From Eledone cirrhosa (lineage: Eukaryota), in contig OZ024745.1 of NCBI GenBank assembly GCA_964016885.1, positions 51,646,001 through 51,710,000 of the forward strand: 64,000 bases of DNA, given 5' to 3'. Positions 14,382 to 28,164 of the stretch are shown here, in pieces. Position 1 is the stretch's first letter; the number at the start of each line of letters is the position of its first letter. Position numbers and translations under genes: made by a program. The notes under the pieces are model-generated. The model was given only the letters and a program-made list of their open reading frames with translations, did no database searches and was not told the origin of the DNA.

Positions 14382-14393
14382 CATATATATATG

Positions 14394-14483
<90 letters not shown>

Positions 14484-14689
14484 CTTTTGAACATATAAGT
14501 ATGTGTTCTTATGAATATATATATCTACATGATTCTCTTTCGGACATTACTGTACATTTTCCATTACAGTGTAATCGCCCTCAAGAAAAGAAAATTATCT
14601 TTAGATTTTATATCATTTTTACTGAACGGTTCATTCTACTTTTATTGTTCTTTCAACGATATTAAACCTATAATTTAGCCTAAGAACGT

Positions 14690-15140
14690 AGGTAATATGA
14701 CTTTAGGTTGTTCTCATTAATCAGAACTCTTGTCTTCTGCTGACCCATTCACTGACAATTATTTAGTCTATGTTTTCAACTCATTCGGCAACTCTCTCAC
14801 TAAATAGTTATAATTTCAAATCGCTATTTCTAACAAACGATCGAGCTATCCTGTATCGGTAGAATATCATAACTGATAGACTAGTAAGAAACAAGATGTC
14901 ACATTGCATTTCATTTTATCTTGGCCTATCTGTTAGATACATTTACATTATACACCCAAGCTTGTATATTTGACACTTATTTTTTACAACTTTCTTTCCA
15001 AATTCACTAGGCTAAAATAACACAGTTGTACTGGAGCATTGTGTAAGTGAGAGTATGCCTTACATTCCGTGGAGAGAATGATGGAAATATGACAGTCGTG
15101 TATCGTTAAGAGGGGCTGTTTGCCCTCACTGAGTAAATAC
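14690..15140 (-). pseudogene. Possible highly decayed CR1/L2-type RT fragment
   Basis: Minus strand EWVSRRQ(R)VLINE resembles W...RRQRV.ING. Confidence 0.3.
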
Positions 15141-15779
15141 GTCGTTTATGTTATAACAATTTTAGAAGCGGGTCTTATAGATAAAAAAAGTACTTCAGAA
15201 TAAATATCATTCAGCCGAGAGTTTATAAGGTTTCAGTTAAAGCGAATTTGAATGTTTGGTACATTGATCACTGCACTTGCTGTTTGTTCATAGTGGGTTT
15301 GGCTTCTAAGCAAAGAGCAAATAATGTTTGAAATCCTAACATTTATTTATGATCACTCATTTGATGTAATCAATATAGGTTCTCAGTCCCCGGAGTATAT
15401 TGTTTCCACAGGAGTAACACCGCCCCTCTTCCATCTTATCATGTACGCTTTATGCTTTTACATTATATTCCATTTCGTGTTGTTGGGTATAACCGTTTTT
15501 TAGCATAACTTATATATAGAGATGACTGCATATAACTTCAGTGTCGGTAAAATTCAAAATATGAGAGCTTTGTATAAATTTGTTTTCAAATAGACTGATA
15601 TATCAGGTTACATATATATATTGATTGCCCTAAAGCCTATAATTCAGTTGATCGTACCAAACTTTTCATGATTCTTGAAGCTTATAGAACTCCTCTGGTT
15701 GTAGTTGTTGATATTCGTGTATGATAAGAAATCAGCTGAGGGAGAAACCAACATATTTACAACCGATACAGACTTTTTG

Positions 15780-16170
15780 CTACATTCCTTTTTATAATGT
15801 TTGGACTATGTCCATCACACTGCCATCAACGCTACTGACTGTATAACCATCAAGAGACGTTGAAGTCACTGTCACCAAGCTATTGTACTCCCCGATCCTG
15901 ACTATGCAGATAACATCGCTCCTCTTGAGGTTATCATCGAAGCAGCCCAGGTGAGCCTCTATCGTGTCGAGACTACCTGCTAGGAGGTGAGTTTTTTTTC
16001 TCAATGCTTTGTAGACTAAATGCATGCATTTGAATCCATCCATTCTCAGTCAGCTACATGCTACTGGTGGTTCATCTCTGGAAGTGGTTCAAACATTTAG
16101 ATATGTGGGCGGTAATACTGACTTCGAGCTTGATATAACCTCCAGAATTGGTCAAATTTGTTTCTAGAGA
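15780..16170 (-). pseudogene. Decayed RTE (BovB-like) RT C-terminal fragment
   Basis: ORF 15792-16043 (HLGCFDDNL..SDVICIVRIGEYNSLV..DGYTV..VDGS) aligns by eye with FHLRCLR.IL..EVL....SIE.L....LRW.GHV.RM.D. Confidence 0.5.
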
Positions 16171-17059
16171 CTTGTCTCTGTGTTCATGTGTGAATATGAG
16201 CTTGTGTGGAGGTGCATATATATATATATATGAGTGTATACGGGGGTAGTATGTTTATCTAAAATATGTTATTTGTTTGTGCATATGTGATTCAATGTGT
16301 GTGTCACTGTGTGCGTCCATCTATCTGTATGTATCGATTTATCTATGAGCGTATTTATGTGTGTGTGCTTGATTGTCCGAGCGATGTATATTGTAGTTTG
16401 GGTGTGAACAAGTTATTTAAGTGTTTCCTGATAAAGGAAATGCAAAACATTTGCATAGGGTCTTTCCGTATGAGTACGTTTGTCTGACGTTTTTTTGTAT
16501 CCGTGTCCATTTGTGATTTTCAAACCCAGTGATTCTTGTGAGTATATGTTTATCTGTTAACGGGTGAATTTATTGTAGATGTTTGCGTGTATGAATGATT
16601 GTGTTTTATTTTGTCTGTGTGTGTGTGTGTGATTTTACGTGTTCATATATCGCAAGAGGCATTTCTATTTGTATGTATGTGTATGCTTACGTTTGTGTGT
16701 GCGTGCCAAAACGATGTGGTTAAAGACAGATGTATTATGCAAGAAAGTGTTATATAAGGAAATCGAGGATGGATTTAAACATAACGTCCGTTCCATACTA
16801 TTTCTATGGTAGTCGACCTATAGAAATCTATCGATTTAGACCTGTATTTAATTTAGAGATTAAGTGAAAGATCACATGGTAACCTGTGGCAATGTGGAGG
16901 TACAATTTCAAAAGAAACAAAGACCAATGGTTGCGGGGTTCAGTTAGCGGTAGATGACAATGTGACAATGCCATTTGTGTGTGTATTTATGCCTGCATTT
17001 AAATTTGTCGAGTGTGCTTGTGTGTTTCTACCCATGTAATCATGTGTGATGATCTATTT

Positions 17060-17339
<280 letters not shown>

Positions 17340-18009
17340 TGCCTGTGCACAATAGGTAAGATATTGTTTTTTACAATTAAACGAATCAAATTAACAAAAA
17401 GTATTAATTCAAGAAAATCGTTAATATTAATATTATTAATTGTAGATTGGGGCACATATTTTCTCCATTATTTGTAATGCTTTGTTCGATATTTAAATTA
17501 ATATTTTCCAAAGTGTCGATTGTATGATCACTTTTGACAAATTCCTTTAGTAAGATATAACCTTCATGGGTTCATCCTTGAATAACCGCTGAAAACCAAT
17601 TAAAATTCAGCCTGTTTAGAAATTAGTAATAAATGAAATACTTGGTAAATTAGAGAACATTTCTTTTTATGTTTGAATCTAATTTAAAAGTGATATATAT
17701 TCAACAAACTTGATATAAATTCAGCTTCTGGGAATAATTCTAAAAACATAATCAAAAGCTCTATGAAACAAAATACATGGTACTATCAGAATTAATCCCT
17801 ACATAAGATTGAATATAATTATATTAGATAAATTAATTCATATAGAATATTGAAAACGACTTTCATTATTAATACAAAATGCACAGAGCACAAAAGCAGG
17901 TATGCGTTCATATAAATACTTAAAGATTCTACCAATGTAGCCTCCGCAGATATCTTAGGTTTTCTCATGCGTGAACACCAGGAATTGTTTGATGATTGCA
18001 ACTGAGACG

Positions 18010-18255
18010 ATGTTCAGAACCTTATCAGGGAAATGCATAACCATTACAGGATTTGGATAGGAGATTGCAAAAAAGCATATAAAGATTTTAAGCAGCAGGC
18101 ACATTCCACACATAGGTAAATGAAAACAATATTTTCGGTGCAGCTAAAGCAGCTGAACTACAAAGCATGGACTCAAGGTCCTTTTGAAACGTTCTGAAGA
18201 CTATGTTTCATCCGGGGCAGGGCAGGTCTATTCTAGTTCTATCCGCTGATTGTCC
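18010..18255 (+). pseudogene. RTE LINE linker-region fragment
   Basis: KAAELQSMDSRSF*NVLKTMFHP..SILVLSADC resembles KA.ELQ..AD..D.R.F...LK.V.GP....P..SADG. Confidence 0.5.
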
Positions 18256-20639
18256 AACTGCATACACACACGCACACACAAACGCCATTGCAAGCACACG
18301 CAATTTAAACTAATCAACTATCAAACACACATACAATATAGCACAAAATCAAACACACATACAATATAGCACAAAATCTCAAACAAATGCCTTCTTTATA
18401 TCTCCTAACATTATCCTGGACTACATGAAGCCACATGCGCTAATTACAGCCTACATATTCCGCAGTCAATTGAAGTGACTAAGCGGCAACTTCGAATTCA
18501 CTGCCACTTTTCTACTTAGAAAATACATTTCTACACACTCCCTGTCAGTATTGAGTGTTAATTCCTTTAATGGAAAGAGAGAGAGGTGGTAGATATTTTG
18601 ATGAATATGAACACCATTATTCATTTCAGAAGACATGATATTTATATTCCAAGAAACCTAAATGCCATTCACTGAAAATATATTCCAGCTCATGAAAAAT
18701 AAGCTAATATGTAACATCAATGCAACAAAGCTTTATCCCATCAAAGGCGTAGTTACGGTAATAACGAATATAAACTAATAAACCCTTAAACATTTCCCAA
18801 TCTAGTTGCCTTCAATCAGCTTTGAAAACCGATGTCAATAACAGTCAACTACTGAATAAGATTTCCTTTTAAAATATGCCAGCATGTAACCCAGGCAATC
18901 GTCACAATTTTGGCTATTCATGCCAAATTGCCAGGACGTTATAGAAATAACCTATTCAGCTCCACAACATAACGTTTTCGTGACACAATATCACAGAACA
19001 TTACGCCAAATCAAAGGATAATCAAACGGTAAGGTATTTCTGGAACTGACGAAATTATATGACATAACGATACATAGCAATTCATGTTATGCTCGGAATT
19101 ATGTTATTCTCTTAAAATTAAAGTTGGATGGGTGGTAATTTACAATATATACGAAAACAGATTAGAAGCAAAGATTTTTTCTCTATATTTCATTTCGAAA
19201 TTCACGATACTTAGTGCCATTTTATAAACATATAGAACATCATTTATTGCCGCATAATAAATGCATCAGAATTGTAAAGCTACAGTAACACGCATTTCCT
19301 AACAGGAACAGAATCTTTAATAAAAAAAAAATCACTGGTCGTATTCATATTAGATATAGAAGGAATACTACCAGAGATACACTATTTTTCAATATAATGT
19401 GATGCTCGATGCAGAAGATCATTTCACGTAGTTGTCAAATCAGTATAGACAGGTTTAATAAGATTTACAATATTAAATGAGCCGATATTTATGCCAATTT
19501 ACTCCGAAAATTATATATTGCGTTTATGTAGCGTCTATATATTAACATGTATTAATGAATGTATTGCCACCTTACATAATATTTAAGGTTTTGGAGTATG
19601 TTTTACTCTAAACCAAATTATCTTCCTCAGAATATGATCGATTTCTGAATTGTTTATTAGGTGGTGTATTCCTTGAAAGTTTTGTGTTAAATGGCGAAGG
19701 ATCAAAAATGATTTGCCGTATTCCATTTGCTTTCAAACAAATACAGCTGCTTGAAACCCATTAAAACATAATTATATATTAAGGAGCATAGAATTACTAT
19801 AAATTCTTTGCGACAATATTTAGCTCCAAATGTTTAATTTATAATCAAACTGACATTCGCTTATGACTTGGAAAATCGTGGCTTTCACAACATACTCTAT
19901 TAGGCTTCTGAAATAATATCCTCCATTCATATTAAAGCTAGATTTCAATATCGAGCTTGAGGCTGAAGAGATAGAACCTATTTTCATTCACAGCCCCAAG
20001 ATATGAATTTCAGTTGAATAATTTATATGATAGAACAAACTAAACGTTTAAAAACTTAATTCGTTACGGTTCTAGTCTTGAGAGCCATACATTTCTATTG
20101 TTTTTAAATATTTTGTGAGAAGAATAGGGATGAAGGAATAAAGAATAACATACAAGAAAGTAACATACAGCGAGACAGAGAAAAGTGGAGTTAGATCGAG
20201 ACTAAGGGAGAGAGAGAAAGAAAGAGGGAGAAAGACAGATTGAGGAAAGGCCGAATGGTAGAGATGTGAATATATATATATATGTCAAGAAATAGTAGGA
20301 TAATCCTGGAGAGACATTCCCTAATAAGAAACATGGTGAGAAATAGAGGGCCAGTATTGTACGAAATTGAAAATATATAATTTCACACATTTAAATTTTG
20401 AGACTAAAACTCTGTCTGTAATAATGAAGCGATGTATTTCATAAAGCAAATTATAACCAAATAGGAGGCGTCAATAGGAGTATGAGCTATCAGTGACGTT
20501 GACATTTCATTCCAAGATAATGAACTCAATTTGACTATAGAAAGGCGTTTAATTTTAAGCACTAATTCCTCTGTAGAACTTCAGAGAACTTCCTGTGCAA
20601 ATAGAGGACGCTGAAATAGTGGAAATCGTTTAAATCGGC

Positions 20640-20930
20640 AGTTTCTGATTGAGCTGTTAAATGTTGTGGGCTAAATTGGCTTGTTGTAGTGCCAGGTGGC
20701 AGGAGGACGCCTTGTTTTAATCAAGAGGTCAAAGATATCATCTGATCAAAGAAATAAGCTTACAAATCATGGCGTGGAAATAAGTCCTCTTTTTTTCCCT
20801 TGCTGTAAAAGCAGGCGCGGAAAGTAAAAACAAAAATAGATTAAAGGCGTCCAAAGTTAAATGGGATGAATTTGGGGTTAAGTGGAATCTGACATCAGAT
20901 CAGCTAATAAAATGTTCTGGCAGACCATAC
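20640..20930 (+). pseudogene. RTE/Expander LINE linker fragment
   Basis: RRTPCFNQEVKDII*SKK*AYKSW..QARK..KASK..WDEFG..ESDIRSANK.FWQTI. Confidence 0.65.
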
Positions 20931-21612
20931 ACCAACTCCCCAAAAAGTAGTCCTCCCCCACAACTGTGGTAAGGAACGCATCGGGGGTTCTCCACTTTTC
21001 GGAGAGGTGTGTCCACGTGATGTGGAGACACTATTTTGCTGATCTCTTAACTCGTATAACAACAACGTTGTTTTATGTGTATGAGATTCATCTGGCAGGA
21101 AACACAGATGTTTGAATAAAATCCCTGTATTGGATGGTCTCGCTTGGGAACACCGTCGAATCAATTGGAGATGGATGCTTCTGACAGGACTCACTGGAAG
21201 GAGTGTTTGAGGACTCTGCCCCATGACCCTCCCAAGAATAAGTTATAGAATAAAAAAATAAGGAAAAGAAAAAAAACAAAAAAAATAGAGAAGAAAAGAA
21301 AAAAAAGAAAAGAAGAAGAAAATGACGACGATGATGATGATGTTATTTAACAGAGGTTTCTGATGAGACAACTCCATCAAAATCGTCGTTAACAGCTCCA
21401 TTGTTACATAGAATTACAATGATTATTAAAATACAATGTAAACCGGTGATTATGGAGAGTTACGAGGTACCACTGAAATTGTACATTACAATTTCGAAAT
21501 CAACTCGAAGAATAAAATATATTTATGAAAAGGTTACAGGAAATACCTAATTTTCAAGGTGTTTTTCATGATCCAGAGAACCAAACATGCGATTGTGAGC
21601 AAATATGCAAAT

Positions 21613-21689
<77 letters not shown>

Positions 21690-21967
21690 AGTGTCGGATT
21701 GTGCCTTCCTAAACCGCAAGATATCAGGCACTGGAAAAAAAGAATAAATCTGTGAAACAGAATACATATGTGGGAAAATATAAATATACAAATAAATGTA
21801 TCGTGTAATTCGTTGCTATTATCTAAATATTTGCAGCCGTTAAGCTGGCATTAAATCACAAAGCAACTCACTTTACCCAGAGTCTGCAAACAACAGAGGT
21901 TTAGAGTAGCGGTATTCTTAAGAGATGTGTATTAACATATATGCCTATATTCCCATACATAAATACA

Positions 21968-22075
<108 letters not shown>

Positions 22076-22158
22076 TGACTATGCAGGAGCATAAGTGCGT
22101 AAGTTCTTATGTGTATGTGCGTGCGTGCCCGTATGTGCCCATATATATTCAGGACCAC

Positions 22159-22194
<36 letters not shown>

Positions 22195-23067
22195 GTGGAT
22201 TGTGTGTACGTGTTTGTTTGTCGTTATATGTGTGGCGATGTTTTTGACTGTCTGTATTAGTAAGTGTGAGCTTGTGCACATGAGTGGACATCAAAAAGAA
22301 TGGCTGCATAACTGCCGTTGACGATAATGAGACGGAAAGATGAAACATCAAAATCATGTTAATGTGACAGCTTTATAACATAGTCTCATTAACGTCGCTT
22401 CAAAAAATGAGGGTCTCTAATATACGAAATTGATATATGCATTGTTCAACATAATGGAATTGTTTTCAATAGAACAATAAAGGAAATCAAAAAGAATATA
22501 CTATCTTGGTCCTTGAAAATACAGGATTTCGTTAAGTGATATGCTAATAAGTGGGAACACTTCAATAGTTTAGATTAATAAGAGAACACCGTGTCGTATA
22601 GTCATATGCAACAGGTAGTTATTTTCATTAACAAAGGACATTCCGACAGATTAATGCTAAACTTTTGTAATGTAAATATATATCTCACATATAAAATGAC
22701 TGTGCATTCGCATACACTACACATATTATGTTATGTATGTTAGCATATATAACACGAGAGCTTTTTGTGCATGCGTTCATATAAAGGCAGCTACATGAAT
22801 ACACATGCATGCTATTACGATGGTTATCATACAAAGTTGACCAGGTTATATTTTTTTATTTGTGATACTAATTTATACTTTTTTTTACAGGCAAAGTCCT
22901 ATCTTAATCGCATTCAGTTACAATATATCATAATTGTTTGCGTTAGACACAACTGCATTTTGAGGTATTCCGTTTCCCTTTTGTTTTGTAACTCTATCTT
23001 CAGTCATTTAAGTACAAGTACTTGATTGAATTATTCATGCTGAATAGTTTTTGTATGTATGTATGTT

Positions 23068-23101
<34 letters not shown>

Positions 23102-23542
23102 ATTTCGTGACAAAATTGCGAAGTATAGCTATAATACCATAGATATAATTACTGTTCATTATTGAATAAATTGCAAATTGATACATTATTCTAATATGCT
23201 AAAACTATTGATGCATTGGACTGTAATATATTGTACATTTTGTTTATATAAGTGATATATTGTCTTATATCGAATTACTATTCATTGAATGTGAATCACT
23301 TGAGCGCCTTAAAGATCGGTCAACTTGCTAGAAATATGAGTGAAATAATAAATGGTTTCATAGACTATTTTTTTCTAATAAACACTGTCTGAAATAAACA
23401 AGAGAGTAAGTTCATGACTGCAATATTTCTTTTATGCTTCTTAAATGGCTTTTAATTTCTATGACACCAAATTATTCTTACAACATAAGCGTGTACCCTT
23501 AATTAATTTAACACATAAATGCTTACACACATACACACACAC

Positions 23543-23645
<103 letters not shown>

Positions 23646-24200
23646 CTAGCTAAAGTACCCGTCTTTTGGACGGTTCAAGCAGCTTTCGATGTAGCTCCTT
23701 AAACAAAACAAAGTAAAACGTACTTTATGTAAACATGGAAACCCGAGGCACTATTCCAGCGAAATAATTAATATGTGAGCTCAGTGTTATCCGTTATCCC
23801 ATGTAGCAACAGAAATCCAATCTAGGTATACATTTTTTTGACAACAGTAAAATCTTTTGTTTCAAGCACAAAGAGTAAAGTAAAATACGAATGAGCCGAA
23901 TTGTAATAATCAAACTCCCCAAACAAAATTTTTGACAACATCAAAAATGAGTTCCTATTGTATTGACGAAAGATAACTCTTGTCTTACTTAATCAGGAAA
24001 ATTGACACAAACCGAAACTTTTTTAATGTCTCCAAAGGCCCCAATATCGATTTTTGAAAGTCTTTGGAGATCATGTACAGGTTTTGTGCAAGGAGAAGCT
24101 CTGTAAAAAATTTCAAAGAAATCGCATGAATGTTTTAGAATATATGAGCCCTTATTAAAAATGTCCACATACACATACAGAAAACTAGATTTTTATATAT
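23646..24200 (+). mobile_element. DINE-1/HINE-like (Helentron-associated) non-autonomous element
   Basis: 5' actagctaaagtacccgtc-tttt-ggacgg small hairpin; 3' aaaatttcaaagaaatcg...acatacacatacag...tttttatatatata, as in DINE-1/Lep1-like ends. Confidence 0.55.
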
Positions 24201-26583
24201 ATATACATATATATATATACATATATATATAAGCGTCGCAACTTCGAAAAATGACAGGATCTTTGGTGAAAACAATTTGAATTAATAATCATTTGATTAT
24301 ATAATTTTACATAAATATTTATGATTCCACGATTTTCCTTGCTCATCCCCAACATGTCATATATCGTTTAAAATAATGGTATAATTGATGCTCTGTTCAT
24401 GGAGTATTTCTTTTATTAAGAAACATAATATATATATAATATTTATATATATCGATTAAACTTATATATGACTTTTAAAACTTAGTTCACTTCTATTAGT
24501 AGGACCTGTTCCGAGCCATTATTCGATTTGTTATGGTCTGTCCTGTAACATATGCCCCTCTGTTAAACATTATTGTAACACCATAATTAGTGACTGATAC
24601 TAGTTACAAAGAACAATGGTAAACATCATGAAATATATCTGTCTAAGGCTATATAGGCTTTGTTAACATCGTGATTTTATTGTTGGTTATGTACGAGAAT
24701 ATATACGTTAGTGAATATACATAAATAGATAGCTATAGGTTGACTAACAGGTAGACAATCAGCCGGAGAATCAGTTGGTTTCATTTTGTTCTTATTTTTG
24801 TAGCTTTCGTTGCGTATTATGTACAGAACTCAACTGCCTTTATCCGTTTGTATTTTCCTTTGTATTGTATTGTCCCTGGAAGCAAATAGAGAAATAACAT
24901 CCGCTTCATAATAGAGGTATATATGAAATCATATACCATATATTATGGATTATGTATAATAAACATTTGAAAGTCTAGATATGAATATTTATTTCTCATA
25001 AACATATCTTATATTATTTTATATACATCCTATTAATTTTTGATTATATGACCACGCTAGCGTAATTTTCTTAATGGACAAAGCGGAAGGAACATACATC
25101 ATACTGACAAACTCAGTCTTAGTCTCACATCACTCCCTATATTCTGTTTCATTAATTTTAATTAGGTATAATTTCCTTGTTGTCATCCACCTTTTCTTGA
25201 TCAAAATTTATGATTAATTTAGAGATTTTTTCACGCCAGGCGTAATGTTAATAACTTGACATCACTACATGGGGTATGTTAGCACTAATCACAACAGTTT
25301 GATTTCCTGTGGAGCTGTGTCCTATATATACCAAATATGCGGTTTGGGAATTATATGTTACAGACGTCTTAAAAGTACAAATAATATTTGTTTCATAATA
25401 GCATGGGTGTTTGAGAATTTTACCTAGAGTTCAGCATATAACTCAAGTATAAAATGTGTTAATGAAATTATCGACATTTGGGCATACAAATCGATTTCTA
25501 ATTGTATCAAAAACTGAACACATACTCGTGTAGCACTCTGTTCTTCCAACATATTTACAGAAAATACACACACTGTAAGCTTCTGCGTAAATTAAATCAA
25601 TAAATAACAGGTAATAGGACGCGTACATAAAAGGAAAATTAAACATGCGAATAAAACAATGAATAATATTATTTTGCCTAATTTCCGAAGAAAACACAGT
25701 ATTGTTTTCTGTCTTAGTACATTTCTGCGAAAGATAATTCTCTTCTTAATCTGTCGAAGCCTTGCTGTTTGAAGGTTTTAGTAAATATGTAACATATTCA
25801 TAAAATGATCCTTAGAATTTTCGCAGGCAAACTAACTCGAAATTATCATATTTATAATAACTTGGCTAGGCTCGATAAAGTAAAGTCATGTTGATTTAAA
25901 TAAATGTCCCTTACTCAAAGCTCTACAACAGGTATAGTATTGTACTTACTGATGGATTCTGCAGTAATTATTCCACGGATAAATATGGGAAATCTGAACT
26001 CTGAGATTTTACGCTAATTTAATTTGTTCATGGAGTATGACTTTTGTAGAGATTCTATCACAGTTATGTTCAAAGTCTTCAAAGTTTCGATAATTGTTCT
26101 CGTTAACATTACACATGCAATCGAATTATAGAAACGTAATATCTGATACTGTAAATTATTGAAGTTTTCAGTTTATACGATGGGTTATGTTTATATACAA
26201 TTCTTATATATAACATTTTAAAAATTACAATTGTAGATAACCAGATACGAAACCATTTTAATAGAAGATAATATGTAATTAAAACATAAATTCTCGGTCA
26301 TAATCTTATGTACATTTGTATAGATAACAGTATATCTATACGAAGAGAAAATAATCAATGATAGCTTTCAGCAAAACAATTATTACATATAGTTAGAGAA
26401 AAGATATTACTCCAAACCTATCCGTAAGCTAAAAAAAAAAAGCGAATATGAATCTGCTGTGCTTATTTCGCCTAAAGCAATATCGATGAGATTCTTTGTT
26501 GGAAACTGGTTTAATGTAACACGATGCATATATATTTATAAGTTACACGTTATAGGATGGCAGACTAGCTATCATAAACTCAA

Positions 26584-26662
<79 letters not shown>

Positions 26663-26904
26663 TAAATATATAGATAGATAGATAGATAGATAGATACATA
26701 GATATGCGTCTTGTAAGTACCATGAATTCGCTAAGCGATTTTACTTAATTTCATGATTTTATGTATATTTCCAAAATTATTCTGAAATACGCAGGCATTG
26801 TCTTTTATTAAAAGAAAATATTGGTAAAATAAAATAAAACAAATGTGTAAATTTAAAAAAGAGTATTACACATGTCTATTAGACGGGAGAATTTTATTTT
26901 TATT

Positions 26905-27020
26905 TTAAAAATAGTTAGTTGCTAGGTTATGTTAGAATTTTTTTGAAGGTGGAATTTGTTTTTCCCAATAACATTTAATGTTTTGAAAGAATACGGTCTC
27001 TGGAAGCATCACTTTTATTC
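26905..27020 (-). repeat. Dispersed repeat, inverted relative to 29345-29455
   Basis: aatagttagtt..ggttatgttagaatttttttgaaggtggaa..cccaataac..aatgttttgaa..atacggtctctgg is the reverse complement of 29345-29455. Confidence 0.65.
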
Positions 27021-27319
27021 ACTTTCGCTTTGTTTTGTCCACCCACTCTCCATTCCACCCGGGAACTTCGTTAAATCGTCTTCGAGTCTGGTGTAATAAT
27101 ATATATTTGTCCCAATAGTGCTAACTAAAACATTAAAGAAACATTCATCATTATCTAATTTTACCAAATTTAACAATATTGAGCGAAGTTGAATTAGCTT
27201 TCTTACTTCAGACAGAAGTATAGTTAAATAAATCATTTATGCTAAGGTGATGGCTTTTAATACTTGATATTGTGATTCACAGCGGAGAGGGGTAGTGAAT
27301 TATATTGTTATCAAAGAAC

Positions 27320-27450
27320 TAGAGGAATACGACTCGTACAGGCTCACCGCTTATCACCTTTTCTTGTGGAACATATCTTTTGTCATAAAGTAGGCTCGAC
27401 CATTCATTGCCTTTCTCAAGACTTTATTTCTGAAGCAATGAAAAAAAAGA
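27320..27450. mobile_element. Partial copy of the MITE at 31236-31438
   Basis: agaggaatacgactcgtacaggct TIR plus internal tctcaagactttatttctgaagcaatga. Confidence 0.6.
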
Positions 27451-27479
27451 TCTCACTTCATCATACTGCTGTATAGGAA

Positions 27480-27935
27480 TACCCCTAACCGGGACACTCA
27501 CCTATCCCCGGTATTTTTGGACACCCAATGCCCGACTTCATCCTTATTCACCCTGGTAAATACCAGCCACACCCAATATGGCGTGAAACCCTCCCCTCCC
27601 GTGAAGAAGCTATATCAAACTACCTACTCCTCCTATATCTCTTCCGTTCATACCCTGCGAGGAGAAAAGAGCTCATATGGAGAACTGGCCGGTGGAATAT
27701 TATAATTCCAGCACATTTAACATCTGCGAAAATCAACCCCTCTCCAGGATGTCTGGTCCACCAATCCGGTTAATGTTAGGTCCCCACACGAAATCAGTCA
27801 CCTCCCACACGCCTATCCCAGTCCCAGTCCACTGGCAAGATGACGTGAAAGCAGGCCTCGACTCGATGTTCACATTGGATTAATGGGCGCCATCCCTATC
27901 GGGTCACCCATCACGTAGTGCTACAGAACAGTGTG
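27480..27935 (+). pseudogene. Gypsy (Mag-like) pol fragment, protease-RT junction
   Basis: YYNSSTFNICENQPLSRMSGPPIRLML.P..K.V..HTPIPVPVHWQDDVKAGLD is a recognisable Gypsy pol motif upstream of RT; stops and frameshifts present. Confidence 0.85.
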
Positions 27936-28090
27936 GCCAGTGTCGTCACTGAAATATATATCACAGCATTATTATTAAAGGACTTGAACATCTGAAACTA
28001 CTTCGCTTTTCCTTATTCGATATTTATTCCGTCACTCCTATGTGGAAAAAGTACGTTGAGTGCTTGAATTGAATTGCATCAATGTTTACC

Positions 28091-28164
<74 letters not shown>

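Noticed and set aside
21355-21400. CTGATGA-gac...gtc-GTTAAC
   Set aside because: GAAA is absent and there is no stem I; at most a decayed relic.
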